Assembly: GCA_030141605.1 (NCBI GenBank)
Contig: JAQGDQ010002386.1
Location: forward strand, 62,001-126,000
Length of the DNA: 64,000 bases
Origin: Tubiluchus corallicola
Lineage: Eukaryota > Animalia > Priapulida
Direction of reading: 5' to 3'
The translations under genes were made by a program, and so were the position numbers. The first letter of the stretch is position 1. The number at the start of each line of letters is the position of its first letter. Below the pieces are notes generated by a model. That model was not told the DNA's origin, made no database searches, and saw nothing but the letters and a program-made list of their open reading frames with translations. This document shows, piece after piece, positions 1-39,708 of this stretch.

Positions 1-748
1 TTTCATAATCAAGACAATAGCAAGACCAACACCTAGTAGTTCAAAACCGCATTGTAAAAACAAGACCAAGACTAACACAAAGACCGAAAACTAAGCCTTT
101 ATAGAAAACAGCTTAAAATAACCATGTCAAACCTGCGCAAATGCTGTAGTTATTTTTGCCGCATTATATGGCAAATGGTGTGAATAATTAACACTACAAG
201 AATTCACAAGAAACGAATTTCCAAAACCATTGAAAACAGACAAATTTAGCAACATTAAGCTACTAAACCGCTGCTTGAACTATATATTATGAAAACTGAT
301 ATGCAAGTTGAATGACACTATCATACTATCAGTCAACTTTTTTAAAGCCATTATTACACCATGTTCACAAAGCCCTTGCTGCAACGACTAAGTTACTAAA
401 ATAATGCACAATTCAAGAAATGTTCGGGTTACATGTTCTCATATCTATAGCCACACGGAAGTTTATCTATCAGCCTACAATGTAACAAATACCACACACA
501 TAAAATCTAAAGAAACTGCCCAAGTGGATTGTAAGCTGGTGTTCCGACAAAATGCTATCAGCAGATAAATAGCAGGTAATCTGTCTAGTGAATGGTAAAA
601 TTAAATGCACTGTGTGTAAAGTGGAACAAATCTCAAGACAAGGCTTCAAATCTAAGACCACGATTGATACTAGTATATGTGAGACAAAGACCAAGACCAG
701 CAAAACTTGGCCTCAAGACCAAGACCGGTTTTTAGTCATACACCTCTG
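1..748. mobile_element. Right end of a non-autonomous hAT-like element with CAAGAC subterminal repeats, in a PSMC5 intron
   Basis: Clusters of CAAGAC/AAGACC hexamers at 9-95 and 633-727, ending ...GACCAAGACCGG...CACCTCTG. This resembles invertebrate hAT MITE termini. The left end and target-site duplication are not visible. Confidence 0.45.
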
Positions 749-894
749 TGCAACTGAACTTACTTAATTCATCAATTTGCTTATAAGTTTGCTGCCCAAT
801 TTTTTCATTAACCATGCCACTGACAAGCACCAAGAAATGCTAAAAGTCAGACAATCAGCTTGTCTAAACTTGATGGCACTGTTTACAAACGTTA

Positions 895-6684
<5,790 letters not shown>

Positions 6685-6860
6685 GGCGATTTTTAAGTTT
6701 GCGCAGGGCAAAACGCGCACGTTTTAATTTAAATGTAGCTGCGAATTCGGTATTCCAAATTCGGGCTAAATTCTACAGTCTGTGCACTTCTTCTGATAAT
6801 AACTTGTTTCAAGCTGGTCAGGAAAACGTAACTAATTGCGTTTGTTTTCCCATTAAACTG
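6685..6860. promoter_or_regulatory. PSMC5 promoter region, possibly shared with RAD54L2
   Basis: CpG-enriched patch directly upstream of the PSMC5 ATG (context ATCGCCATGG). A possible plus-strand donor AAAC|GTAACT lies at about 6828. Confidence 0.4.
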
Positions 6861-7189
6861 ATTCTGTACAAAAAATATAAAGTAATAATAATTATAATTT
6901 CTTAAATAGTTTAGAATTGAAGGCCAAATTTACGTGGGCTTCATGCTGTAATTTTTACCGTGATTCGTGAAAAACAGAAAATTTGTACATTATTGTTACA
7001 TCTAATTTGGTTTCGGACACGGAAATTAAGACATTATATCAACAGGCGTATGGTATCGGCTTTTTTATTCCAAAAATAATTCCGATTTCTTAAAACTTCT
7101 GTTTCGTGAAATTAAGTTCCACAAAATTACAACAAAAATTTAATCTTGTGTACAAAAGGTTCTATGTTATTATGCCACCACAAGAATTG

Positions 7190-9050
7190 TAAGTCGAAAT
7201 GGCAACATCAGTTTTCAAACTAAAATTTTTGTTTTGAGGTCAATCTACTTAGATAAAAAAAGACCGTCTAGCGTTTTTCCACAGTTAAAGAGTAAGTAAG
7301 AATCTTTATTTATCACCTTTTTACAAGAAAAACAAAATCATTTGCACTAATTTTGTACTTGGAATCAGACTGCATCTGATATAATTTTACATACCATGAA
7401 TGGTGAATTCATCTGGGTCATTATCTTCATTAGCAGCACACAATAGATCAGAGTAGAAAGAGACCGTATTAGTAAGATTCAGCAGTTCAGTCTGGTCACC
7501 CAGTGCATCAAAAAACTCATCCTCAGTTAGACTTTGATAAGGTAGTATGCTGTTAATACACTGCAAACAGAAAAAGGAATCGTTAGTGTTCGTTAGTAGA
7601 GCAAACTCATTATTGGATAATAAAGTGCAATTTCCGTGTATCCTATTTTTGGAGATATCACAAAAAATTGCACTTTGATTTATTCGGCATGGTTTATTGT
7701 AAGAAATGCAAGGGTAACGAATTACCATAATTCTGATAAAAAAACTAAGGTATATCTCTGCTTATTTACGTGTTAAATGAAACAATGAGGATTGACAATT
7801 TATCTTAATTTATTCAAGTCGGCTTCAGTCTTAATTTCAAAAGGCTCACATTCATCATTAACTTTTAAGTAGATACGTCCTTGATTAGTCCAAACTGATT
7901 TGTACTTTTTGAGTTTCTTAAGTGCTAGGCACTTGGTAAACAGGTCTTTTCTGCACCTTGTTAGACATTCGTTGATAAAGATTTTGCCATTTTTAAGAAT
8001 GCTTAGCTTATGAAGGTCTGGCATTTTCATTTGGGATCTGTAAAACATGTCTCTTGTAGTCCTCTTCAGAAATTTACTATTATGGGATTTGGTCCCTTCG
8101 ATGATGTAACTCAATACGAGATACTAATATCATTATAAGTAACATTTAGTCCCATCAGGCCACCAAGTTTCACCTCAATATCATCCGTTTTTATGTTTTC
8201 CATTGGTGGAACACCACTAATCAGCAAACAGTCACTACGAGTGTACTGCTCGAGAGTATTTAGTTCATATTCTGTGTGTTGAAATTTTGTAGCAACTTCG
8301 TCTAGAGTGCATCTCAATGCATGGTTTTCATTTTTTTGGTTTCATCTAATTCCTTCTTAATGTGTTGGTGATCATTTTTGATGTCTTCGTATTGAGCAGC
8401 AATGAATTGTTAACTTGAGGTTAGACTATCGAGTTCCTTTCTCATGTTATCAAATTCTAAGACCATGGTATTTTTAAGACCATTTATAGCTTCAAGTAGT
8501 CGAGATTCCATGGAGTCGACAGGGTTGGCTACTGCTTGGACACCTGACCCAACTGTCACACTCTGACATGTATAACCTTTCTGGCTAGCAGATTGACAAA
8601 AACTTTAAGATACAAGAGTGGTAGATCTAGTTGTAGCATTAGTGGGTGTTGAGTTAGTATTTGTCTCAGTGCCTTGAGTCCCAGCATTTGAAATCCTTGA
8701 TGCATTATCTATGTTTGAGCTTACTTTAGATTTTTTGCTCCCACTCAGATTAGCATTATGTTTTTTATTGCCTTAGACTATCACTTGCTGATGATTCGGA
8801 ACTTCTTGTTAGGTGGCCATGAGGCATTAGCTTACTGTTACATAAGTTTACTAGTGTCTGTTTACTACAGCTCGCTAAGTTTTGCTCAACTTCATGAATT
8901 GTTTGGCATAGAAAACTTCGAGGCTTTGCACCATTAGTAATGGCGGCTAGAACTACACTCCAGGTTGCGGCATACAGCAGTGTCAAGGCCACAACAAGTG
9001 CTGTACAAGAATACTGTCTTGTACGTTTGAACGTTCTCACCATGTTTGTT
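7190..9050 (-). mobile_element. 5' portion of an L2/Crack-like LINE: 5' UTR, decayed ORF1 and PHD-finger start of ORF2
   Basis: ORF1 pieces 8111-8317 (NTLEQYTRSDCLLISGVP) and 7800-8114 (KIFINECLT...YKSVWTNQGRIYLK). These are followed by 7387-7728 (YPC...PCRINQSAIFCD...IHGNCT...FFCLQC...LPY), a PHD-like ORF2 N-terminus. The element breaks off early in the endonuclease. Confidence 0.8.
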
Positions 9051-10159
9051 CTCCAAAGACTTCATAAGGTTGTCTGCCGAAGATTGCTTATATAAAGTTT
9101 GCAGGAATCAAAACTTAAGTAAATTAATTCTTTTTATTCATTTTGCTAATTTTTGTGCGAGCACCGAAATTTTGAAACGTCTCCGTTTTGGCGCATACGC
9201 ACAGAGTTCTGGACATTTGTCAATGACATTCGAGTTGATCCCCATGAGGGTTGCCATGTGCTGGAAATCAATAGTATGTCCCACGTCCCGAGCGACCTGG
9301 TTACAATACAGTGTTTGTCCTGAATGTAGTAATAAGCAAACATTAATCACCATTCATGCAGAACACTATATGAATTTATCAATTGAAAATGCCACATTGA
9401 TGTTAAATACATTAGAAATTTTTACAATTTTCCAAAGATACAAAAGTTTTAAACCAGAAATCAAAAAATAAATGGTTGAAAAACTGTCTGTCGCGATTGC
9501 TAAAGTTTATAGCAAGGGCTCTGTGTGTCCAGAATTTTCACTGCAACTAGATGAATTAGGAACGATATACAGCTGACAAGCAAAATAAATGTTCTGAGCT
9601 TTATTGTGCAGAGATAACACTAGGAAGCCATTAGTGTAATGCATTCTAGGCAGAAAAAACTGAGATCGGTTTTTCTCAGATGGAAAATACCCGTTTATAT
9701 CGGGTATTAAAAAATTAAATGCCGGAACAATGTCAGCTAATCATCAACAGAAAAATAAGCACACTTCAGTGATGTATAAAGCACTCAGAACATGGAGCAA
9801 AACAATAAATGCATCAACCAGTTTATATTATGCCCATCACTTAGAGAAAATAAAGCATTGATATAGATTTGTGGCCCAGAAAAAATGGAACATGATTCAC
9901 TGGGTTATGGTACCTGGAATTTCTTAAGAGAGGAAGTGTACAATGGCCATACAAAGCCATTTGATGCCGAGGAACTATAGGCAAAACTGTTGAGTATTGG
10001 GACCAAATATTGGTTAAAGAAGTGAAAAAAAATCTGTGAGCTATTTATTAAAGGTAACGCCTTCATATGTGGTAAAATAACAAATTATAGAAAATTGCCT
10101 TAAACCTGCACTGAACAGCAAATCTATATTTTTGATAGATATTAAACTATAAACCTTAA

Positions 10160-11565
10160 AGGAGAATATCATGAAAATCAAGTTAAACTTATTTTATAGT
10201 TGCCTTCCCCGGGAACAACTTGGCAAAATTTTTTTAGCAGTACGTTGTCTAGTTAATGAGTAATTAACTTTTTTGTATCTCACGGGAAACGCCATGGAGC
10301 TGCACTTACGCCTCTCTCGGTGAAAAAATTGAACTAGCGCAGCTCAGGCTGATGACGTAACAGAGTGTATCCGCCAGCTTGTTGTGATACTGTGGTACAC
10401 AACTGGGCTAAAAATAAAGCTGTTATTACTACATTACAGCATTTGACCTTGGTTCGGATAGGTAGTCAGCTGATAGAAATGATTGTCTTTGCGCTCGTTA
10501 ACATGTTTTCATCAAAAGCGATATATTTTTTATACTGTTGGAATATGCCTACAGCATATTGTGAAAATTCTTGTGGCATTAATTGAAAACATCGTCAGCA
10601 ATACAAGCTGCAAAAATGTGGGCCTCGGTAACAAAAGTGCTTTTCTTCTAAAACAAGCTTTTCTTCTAAAACAAGTCCGATATAGTAACTTCATTCTGCT
10701 AGAAGAATTAATGAATTTATAAACACGGATAAACTCACTGAAGCATAATTATAATGCTAGTGTGACAATTTTTAGTGACAGCTTCATTTTATCAGCCTTG
10801 ACAAAAAAATATGTGAACCCCGCTGACACAGAGACTATAACATATTAGCTGTAGACTTATTGATTAAACATATATGAACATTTTTAACTTTGTCGTGTTT
10901 CAGTTATTTAAATCAGTAAGACTTTTAATACCAAGCAGAACTTTAACCGTTGTTCATTAGCTTCTGTTTTTACATGATAACGTCATGTTGTGTTTATTTT
11001 TACACAGCAGTATTATTAAAATATTAGGATTAGATAAAATTCTTGTGGTCAGTTGGACTGAAATAAAAATTAATGATAATAATACATTCATTATTAATAT
11101 AATTATTATCCACTTTTACAATATAAAAAACTAACGATATAATGTGATTCGATGACAAAATAATTATTAATTGCATTACATAATATAATTGTGATATTTT
11201 TATTGAAATGGATACAAATCTCGAGATGACTAAACTGCATCGATAAACTATGCACTTGGGCTTAAAATGAAACAAAAAAGACACTACAAAAAACTGCATC
11301 TGACTGAATCTCTCCGAAGTGTAAGCACAATATTATTAACACTAGATTCATCATGTTCTAAACTCACGTTTCAAAGCAAACAGACGAGAAATTATCACAC
11401 AGGTTGTAGGAGTGATTACAGGTTTTTAGATTGTACTTTCATTGCTTCAATAATTTTCTGTTGCTCATTGGAAACTAAAAGTTATTATATTTTGGCTTCG
11501 TATTTCGATATTTTCCGTCTGACTGAATTATTCAAGCTCAACTTAATTTTGGTGATATTCCCCCT
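10160..11565 (+). mobile_element. Non-autonomous Kolobok-type DNA transposon, copy 1
   Basis: TTAA on both sides (10156-10159, 11566-11569). Purine-start termini with imperfect TIRs: AGGAGAATATCATGAAAATCAAGTTAAACTT / AAGCTCAACTTAATTTTGGTGATATTCCCCCT. Colinear with the reverse complement of 45657-47561. Confidence 0.85.
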
Positions 11566-12908
11566 TTAAATTAACACAAAATTATTGCTTCATTGAATCA
11601 TTTTTAATGGTGGCCCTTCCAGAATTCCGGTAAATCAGCCCGAGGATATTAATTACAATAAGGAACATAATATATATATATATTGTAATATTAAAGGTAT
11701 ATATTATATGTATAATATATATTATATTATGTATATCTTTATATATTATATATATATGCACAAAATAATGAGCAACATTGTTAATGACATCATAATGAAC
11801 AACCGTTATATGCACAATGGTATTATTCTATGATAGAAAGTATATGGGACGCCGGCAATACATTTCTGACAAAAGCCTAGAATAATTTTGACAGTTTTGA
11901 ATATTTCTAGCAGAAATTAGAATTTCAATATAAAGTGTAATACCTGATTTATTTTTTTCATATAATATATTATAAAAAGGATATTTTACATTGTGGTTTA
12001 AACTGTTAGTCAATAAAGAATTTCAAAATAATTCACTTAAACCTTCTTACAGTGCATGTGCTGTGAAATAATCCTAAGTCACTGTTTTAGATGCCTGAGA
12101 TGTGGCAGCCTTGGCCTCCATCCTAGTGTTCCTGCCTTGCACCCTATAGCTTATAAGTATTCTGCCTGGAAACTGTAGGATTGGATTTTCAAATAGTGAA
12201 AGAGATTTAAGAGGTTTATACCAGCATGCATACATGTTCAAAAACATGATCAAGAAAAAAATAAACTCCTGAAACGAACTCATGACTTCTTTTGATATTA
12301 GATTTTAAAAATAGACCAAATTAATACTGTAGTGAAAAAATGAGTACATGCTAGTTTTTTTTAATTTCGATAATGAGTGATGAAGAACATCATTACTTAG
12401 GCTGCTCACACGAAAATTGTCAGTTAAGATTGTCTATGTTGTCTAAACAAGAAAATATATATGGACATTTGAATCTTACTGGTGGTTGTGTGTTGCTAGA
12501 TTAAAGATTTATATTTCAAATTCATTGGAGAATATTTATATTTATTATATAAATGTGAGTGCACTTATAAAAGTTTTGTCATTTACACATGTTAGCTTGT
12601 TACTGTCAGTCAATTTTTAGTTGTGTTTGGATATAGTGTGTAGTGCTACAAGTTTGGTATCATGGTATGACAAGAAAAATAGATTAGAAAGCTTAAAAAA
12701 TTGTTTGCCAGATCTCTGGTATTGAACCCAGGTCTTCTGCATTTGTAGCAACAGTAGCCACAGAGGAATTTCTATTTTTTGCGCTAGCAAATAAGTTACA
12801 TTAAGCAGCTTAGAATACTTAGAGCTAAGAAGTTTAAACAATGTAGCAAAGAGCATTTAAATCATCAAGAAATTGCTAAAACTAATCAATAGTTTGTTTT
12901 CAGAGCCA

Positions 12909-34980
<22,072 letters not shown>

Positions 34981-37149
34981 ATGGTGGATTATGACACGCA
35001 CTCTACCACTATTTAGGCTACTTACTTGGTTAAACCAAAGCTAGTCTGTTGATAAATGTAAACAGTTCAGTTAGTGCAATTATTGTTACTTGAAGTGCAT
35101 GCTTTCTTAGCTGTGCACATTTCATTACTTTGTTGTTTATAATTTCACTGTTTTTATTGTCAATGCAACATACCTAGGTAACAACCAAATGCACAGTTCC
35201 TATTGGCATCATACTTATGAGCATGTCCTCCAGAAATTCTTTTCTGAGCCCAAGAGGCAAGTTATCACATGTGTTTTTGCGTATACTTTCATTTTCAGTG
35301 GTTGCTAGAAAACAAAAACTTTCTTAGAAATTGCGAGAAAGTGATATTCAACATACCGATGTATGAGCTGTCGTCATCGAACATTTGCGATTTGTTGGGA
35401 CTATCTCACGGACTTAAAAACTCAGAAGTTCAGATAAATAAGCAAATTTAGCTCTGTTGTATGTATTGCAAACTTGTATTTGACTTATAGAACTCTGCAA
35501 TGATACACTCTGATCTAGTTAACGACAACAGTGATGCACCGCCACCGAGTGTGCCATTTCAACACCGCTAAAAGAGACTTCTTTACTCATGACAATATGC
35601 ATCGAAAGCTAAAATTTTGATCAAGTAAATCCAAACAAGTCCATGATTCTTCATAGCCAAATTTTGCCATATAAATTAGAAACAGCTTTAGTCTGTGATA
35701 TTAGTTTACCTGCAACTTGACCTAAATAGCCTGTAAATACAGGTGCAATTTACACCTGTAGCAGCTAGCATACTTATAGCATTTATGTTTTGCGCAAGGC
35801 TATTTCATAATAAGCGTTTAAATGATAGAACATTCCACTTCACTATTATAAATCTAACAAACAACTCTTTGAAAGGGGAACAATTTGTTCAAAAGTTTTT
35901 ACCCACATTTATTATAATTTTTATGGCTTGCTTAATAACTTAACTGTTTATTCTTAGTGTTGTGCATAAACAGTCTAATTCTATACTATTAAAAAACAAT
36001 TTGTTTATTCCTTGTGATTAACCCTTGCCCAATGGTCTTGTGTGTGTCCTATATCTCCAAAATTTGAAGTTTAATGTTCCATACACAAATGTAAATTAGT
36101 TGTGAATTAGTTATTAACAGTACTGTTGTTTAAAACACTGTGCTTGTATAAAACGAGGATCACAAAGAGCACAAGCTACTCTACAATTTTCGCTGTTTCT
36201 GCGGTGTCACTATTTGGTTAGACAGGAACAAAAGAATATCACTGTGCAAGATACAAGTAACGCAATCAGATTTAACACTTATAATCCATTTGTAACTACC
36301 ACATTATTTTCAGCTAAATTTCTAGCATAACACTGCTTCTCTTTCTTGCTTCTGTTGCTATTTAGACATTTTCAGGATGAATATCATCCCAATAAATTTT
36401 TTGAAATTCTTCCCTCTGCCCATAGATACCATTCATTTAATTCTCCAACCACAAGGACTAAATACTTTCTATTCTGTTGCATTTCGCACTATCAGCAAGT
36501 GAATTTCAGTAAATATAAAATATTCTCTATATCACTGTGCATATTTTATTAGCATTTATGCGACAAGTGATTGAATTTATTTATCTGTTAATTTTCTTTT
36601 GTTGTAGTACAAAAAACGACATAAATTTCATTATATGTACTACAATACAGTGATAATAAATCACTTACTTATACCTCACTGTCATTATTTTGTTTAGTGA
36701 ATGCACAGAAAACAACATCAGACAAATGACTAAACTTTAAAACACTAGTAAGACCGAAGACTAAAGTATAAAGCTATAATATGAGCATTCTCCGCTTACA
36801 ATTTCATTATTATTATTTCTACACTTATTTGCTGGTTTATTAAGGAAACAATGAGTCAGCATGAAAATTTTGTAGTAGCAGCTAACACTAATAATAAGTG
36901 CACAGAAAACTAGCAGAGGCAAGGGTTACTCTTATCCTCAATGCTATCCTTTCAACAATGATCTTCATTATGTGCATCACTAAAACGGTATTTGTTAGCT
37001 GTACTCTTAATACTTGGTCACATACAGTTAAGACTTAACTGTGCCCATTTGATAATGTCCAAAATGCGTATGTATAAAAGTTTTTGTGAAAATAATAAAT
37101 ATGTAGAAATGCATGTTTAACAATTATTTTGTTATATTTCTTTCTCTGC

Positions 37150-37152
<3 letters not shown>

Positions 37153-37183
<31 letters not shown>
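37153..37183. repeat. (TA)n microsatellite
   Basis: About 15 TA units. Confidence 0.9.
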
Positions 37184-37190
<7 letters not shown>

Positions 37191-38843
37191 AGTAGGTTTT
37201 CTTATGTTAGATTCTTGCTTTAGGCTTAAGCGTAAATTGTAAATGTTAGTTGGTCTTCTAACTTGTGTGTTCTTAACATAATTATTTATCCTGCATTCTG
37301 GTTCTGTGAATAATCATGCTCATGTTCTGAAGTTAAGCATTAATAACTGTTGTGTAATTTACTAAATAACGTAGTAATTATGAATGAACCTATTTTGTTT
37401 TTTGTGTATATAAGTAGCGCTAGGCAACTTGAAGCAAAAAATGCTGCTTAGTATTATGCATAATTTACATGCAAATATGTACATTTAACTCTAGAGTGCT
37501 TCGTATATGCTTACTGTACAGTCTTTTGCCATATGCTTATTGTAAAACTATTTTCTGATGTAAAGTTTATGTAACATCCATGTCTTGCTTATATGAAAGG
37601 AAGATACTATGTGTAATTGTGGCTCGACAAATAGAATCTCACAAATAAGTCCTGTTTGTGAATTAAACAATTCCTGTAATTACAGTACCCATTACAAAGC
37701 TGTACAAACAGCAGCAACAATGATGCAAGCTTCTGAATGTGTGAAGTACAAAAACTATCTTGCAATATTGCACATTGATCTGTCTGTCAATTAGCATTGC
37801 CTTTGGCGTATCATTCGTATGGGTGCTAGAAGCCGCCGTTTTACCAATAATTTAAAATGCATAATTATCCTCCATTTTCATTAATTATCATAGTAGGTCT
37901 TGTACAGCATCTGTGAAAATAAACAGTATTAATTGAAATATTTTCTTTTGAGCTTCTTTCATCATTCTGTTAATGTTTAACTTGTGATTATATAGCAACA
38001 GGGATTATACATAAAAATTTTATAACAGTGAATCACAACTTCATTAGTAAAAATTTATTAACAGATTTATAACAACCTCTTCATTTAAATGTTGAGATCA
38101 AATGACAATTTAACACTGGATTTGAACACAGCTTTGAATGACACCGTGATGAAATCGCGATGACCTAATCTGATCTAGTAATTTTGTAATTCACCGGTTT
38201 GCCAAAAAAGATTGGCTCCGTACTTATAGTTCACATTTAATGTTCTACATATTATCTTGGTTGCACTGAGCATTGAGAAGTCAAAATGACATCATATCTA
38301 ATTTCTGTACAATTACTACAACTGTTATACTGTACAAAATTAGTATATTGCATTACAGTACGGAAATATACGCTAAGCAACATGATACAACAACAAACAG
38401 GCATTGCTCATTCTTCGGTATGTAAATTGACTCACAAATTCATGCAAACGTGGATAAAAGTGCACCCTGGTATTTTTATAATATGGATTCCACAAATTTG
38501 TGGTTTTACGTACTTAGTTTTGTGATTACATTTGCTCAATAATACATATTTCAAATGATGTCATTATACCTATTTTTTTATACTTGAAGACATCTAGTAT
38601 GTAGCACTCACAAATATGATCACATGATTGCACAGATTGACCTGTTTTTCCAAATAATTTTGTCAAAGATTGAAATAAATGTGACCATCATCTCGCTGTT
38701 AAGAAGAACAAAATTTAATACAGAAATTCAGTCCTTCAGGTAAATTTAGTCTGCAACTTGTTTCACCAGTATTGACTTTCAATTTGAATGCATAAAACAA
38801 GTCCGATTATAAAAATAAAATCAACATTAATTAATCAATACTA

Positions 38844-39657
38844 CAGTCAAACCTCGTTATAACGCCAGGTCTGGGACACCACTAAATGTGGCCAGTCCAG
38901 TCTGTAACATCTATTTTGTTTCGTAGTTATTTTTAATATGCCATAAATAGTATAATATTATTATACTTACAACAACGCATGTGTTATACTGTACATTTTT
39001 GCTGCATTAAGAAAATTTATGCAGGTGTAGTTCTATGGCGGCACATCGCAGAACTTTTAGGTAACACAATGAAATAGCAGTCTTGTGAAAACTGCTGTCT
39101 CCTGATAAAAGAAATATGCAGCTACACAGTCCAGCCCAAGCACGGTCCCAACGTAGCATTATTAGATAATTAGGACTACAAATAGCTGCTGCAATTGCAA
39201 TGTAACTTAACCTTGAGTCAAACAGCTTTTACAGCCATTAGATTCACATCAGTTCAATACTGCAGCTTAGCTACACAACTATTGTACCTTAAAATGCACG
39301 TTCCCTGCCCAAAACCTGAGCATTCACTTTCATACAGCCACTTGCAACAAGACCTAAATCTTAAATTAAAATATCATAATTGTTTTTCTGTCCAGAGATC
39401 ATTGTTTTTACAACAAAATGGCTGTTTTTTAGCAACAATTCATTGTACTTTATCTTCCCTAGCATTATAATGGGGTAAATTATTATGTAAAATAGACTTT
39501 TGGCACAGCAGATAAGTTGGCAGATGGCGGCAGGCGAGATTGGCGGTATTCCCTATATTTAATATATGATGGAAATCGGGACAGGGCAATAGTTGGCATT
39601 ATTGGCATTATGCCGAGGCTGGCGTTACAACGGGCGGGGTATAACAAGGTTCGACTA
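38844..39657. mobile_element. pogo/Tigger-like (Tc1-mariner superfamily) MITE about 50 bp downstream of the AS3MT stop codon
   Basis: TA|CAGTCAAACCTCGTTATAAC ... GTATAACAAGGTTCGACTA|TA: TA target duplication and about 20-bp imperfect TIRs. Confidence 0.75.
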
Positions 39658-39708
39658 TAATTACATTGTGACTTCATAAAATTTTTCTGAAGTTGCTTCT
39701 CCATTGCA

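Noticed and set aside
11030-11299. Short ORF sharing peptide sequence with ORF 46277-46462
   Set aside because: The similarity is explained by the two Kolobok copies, and there is no protein-like signal.
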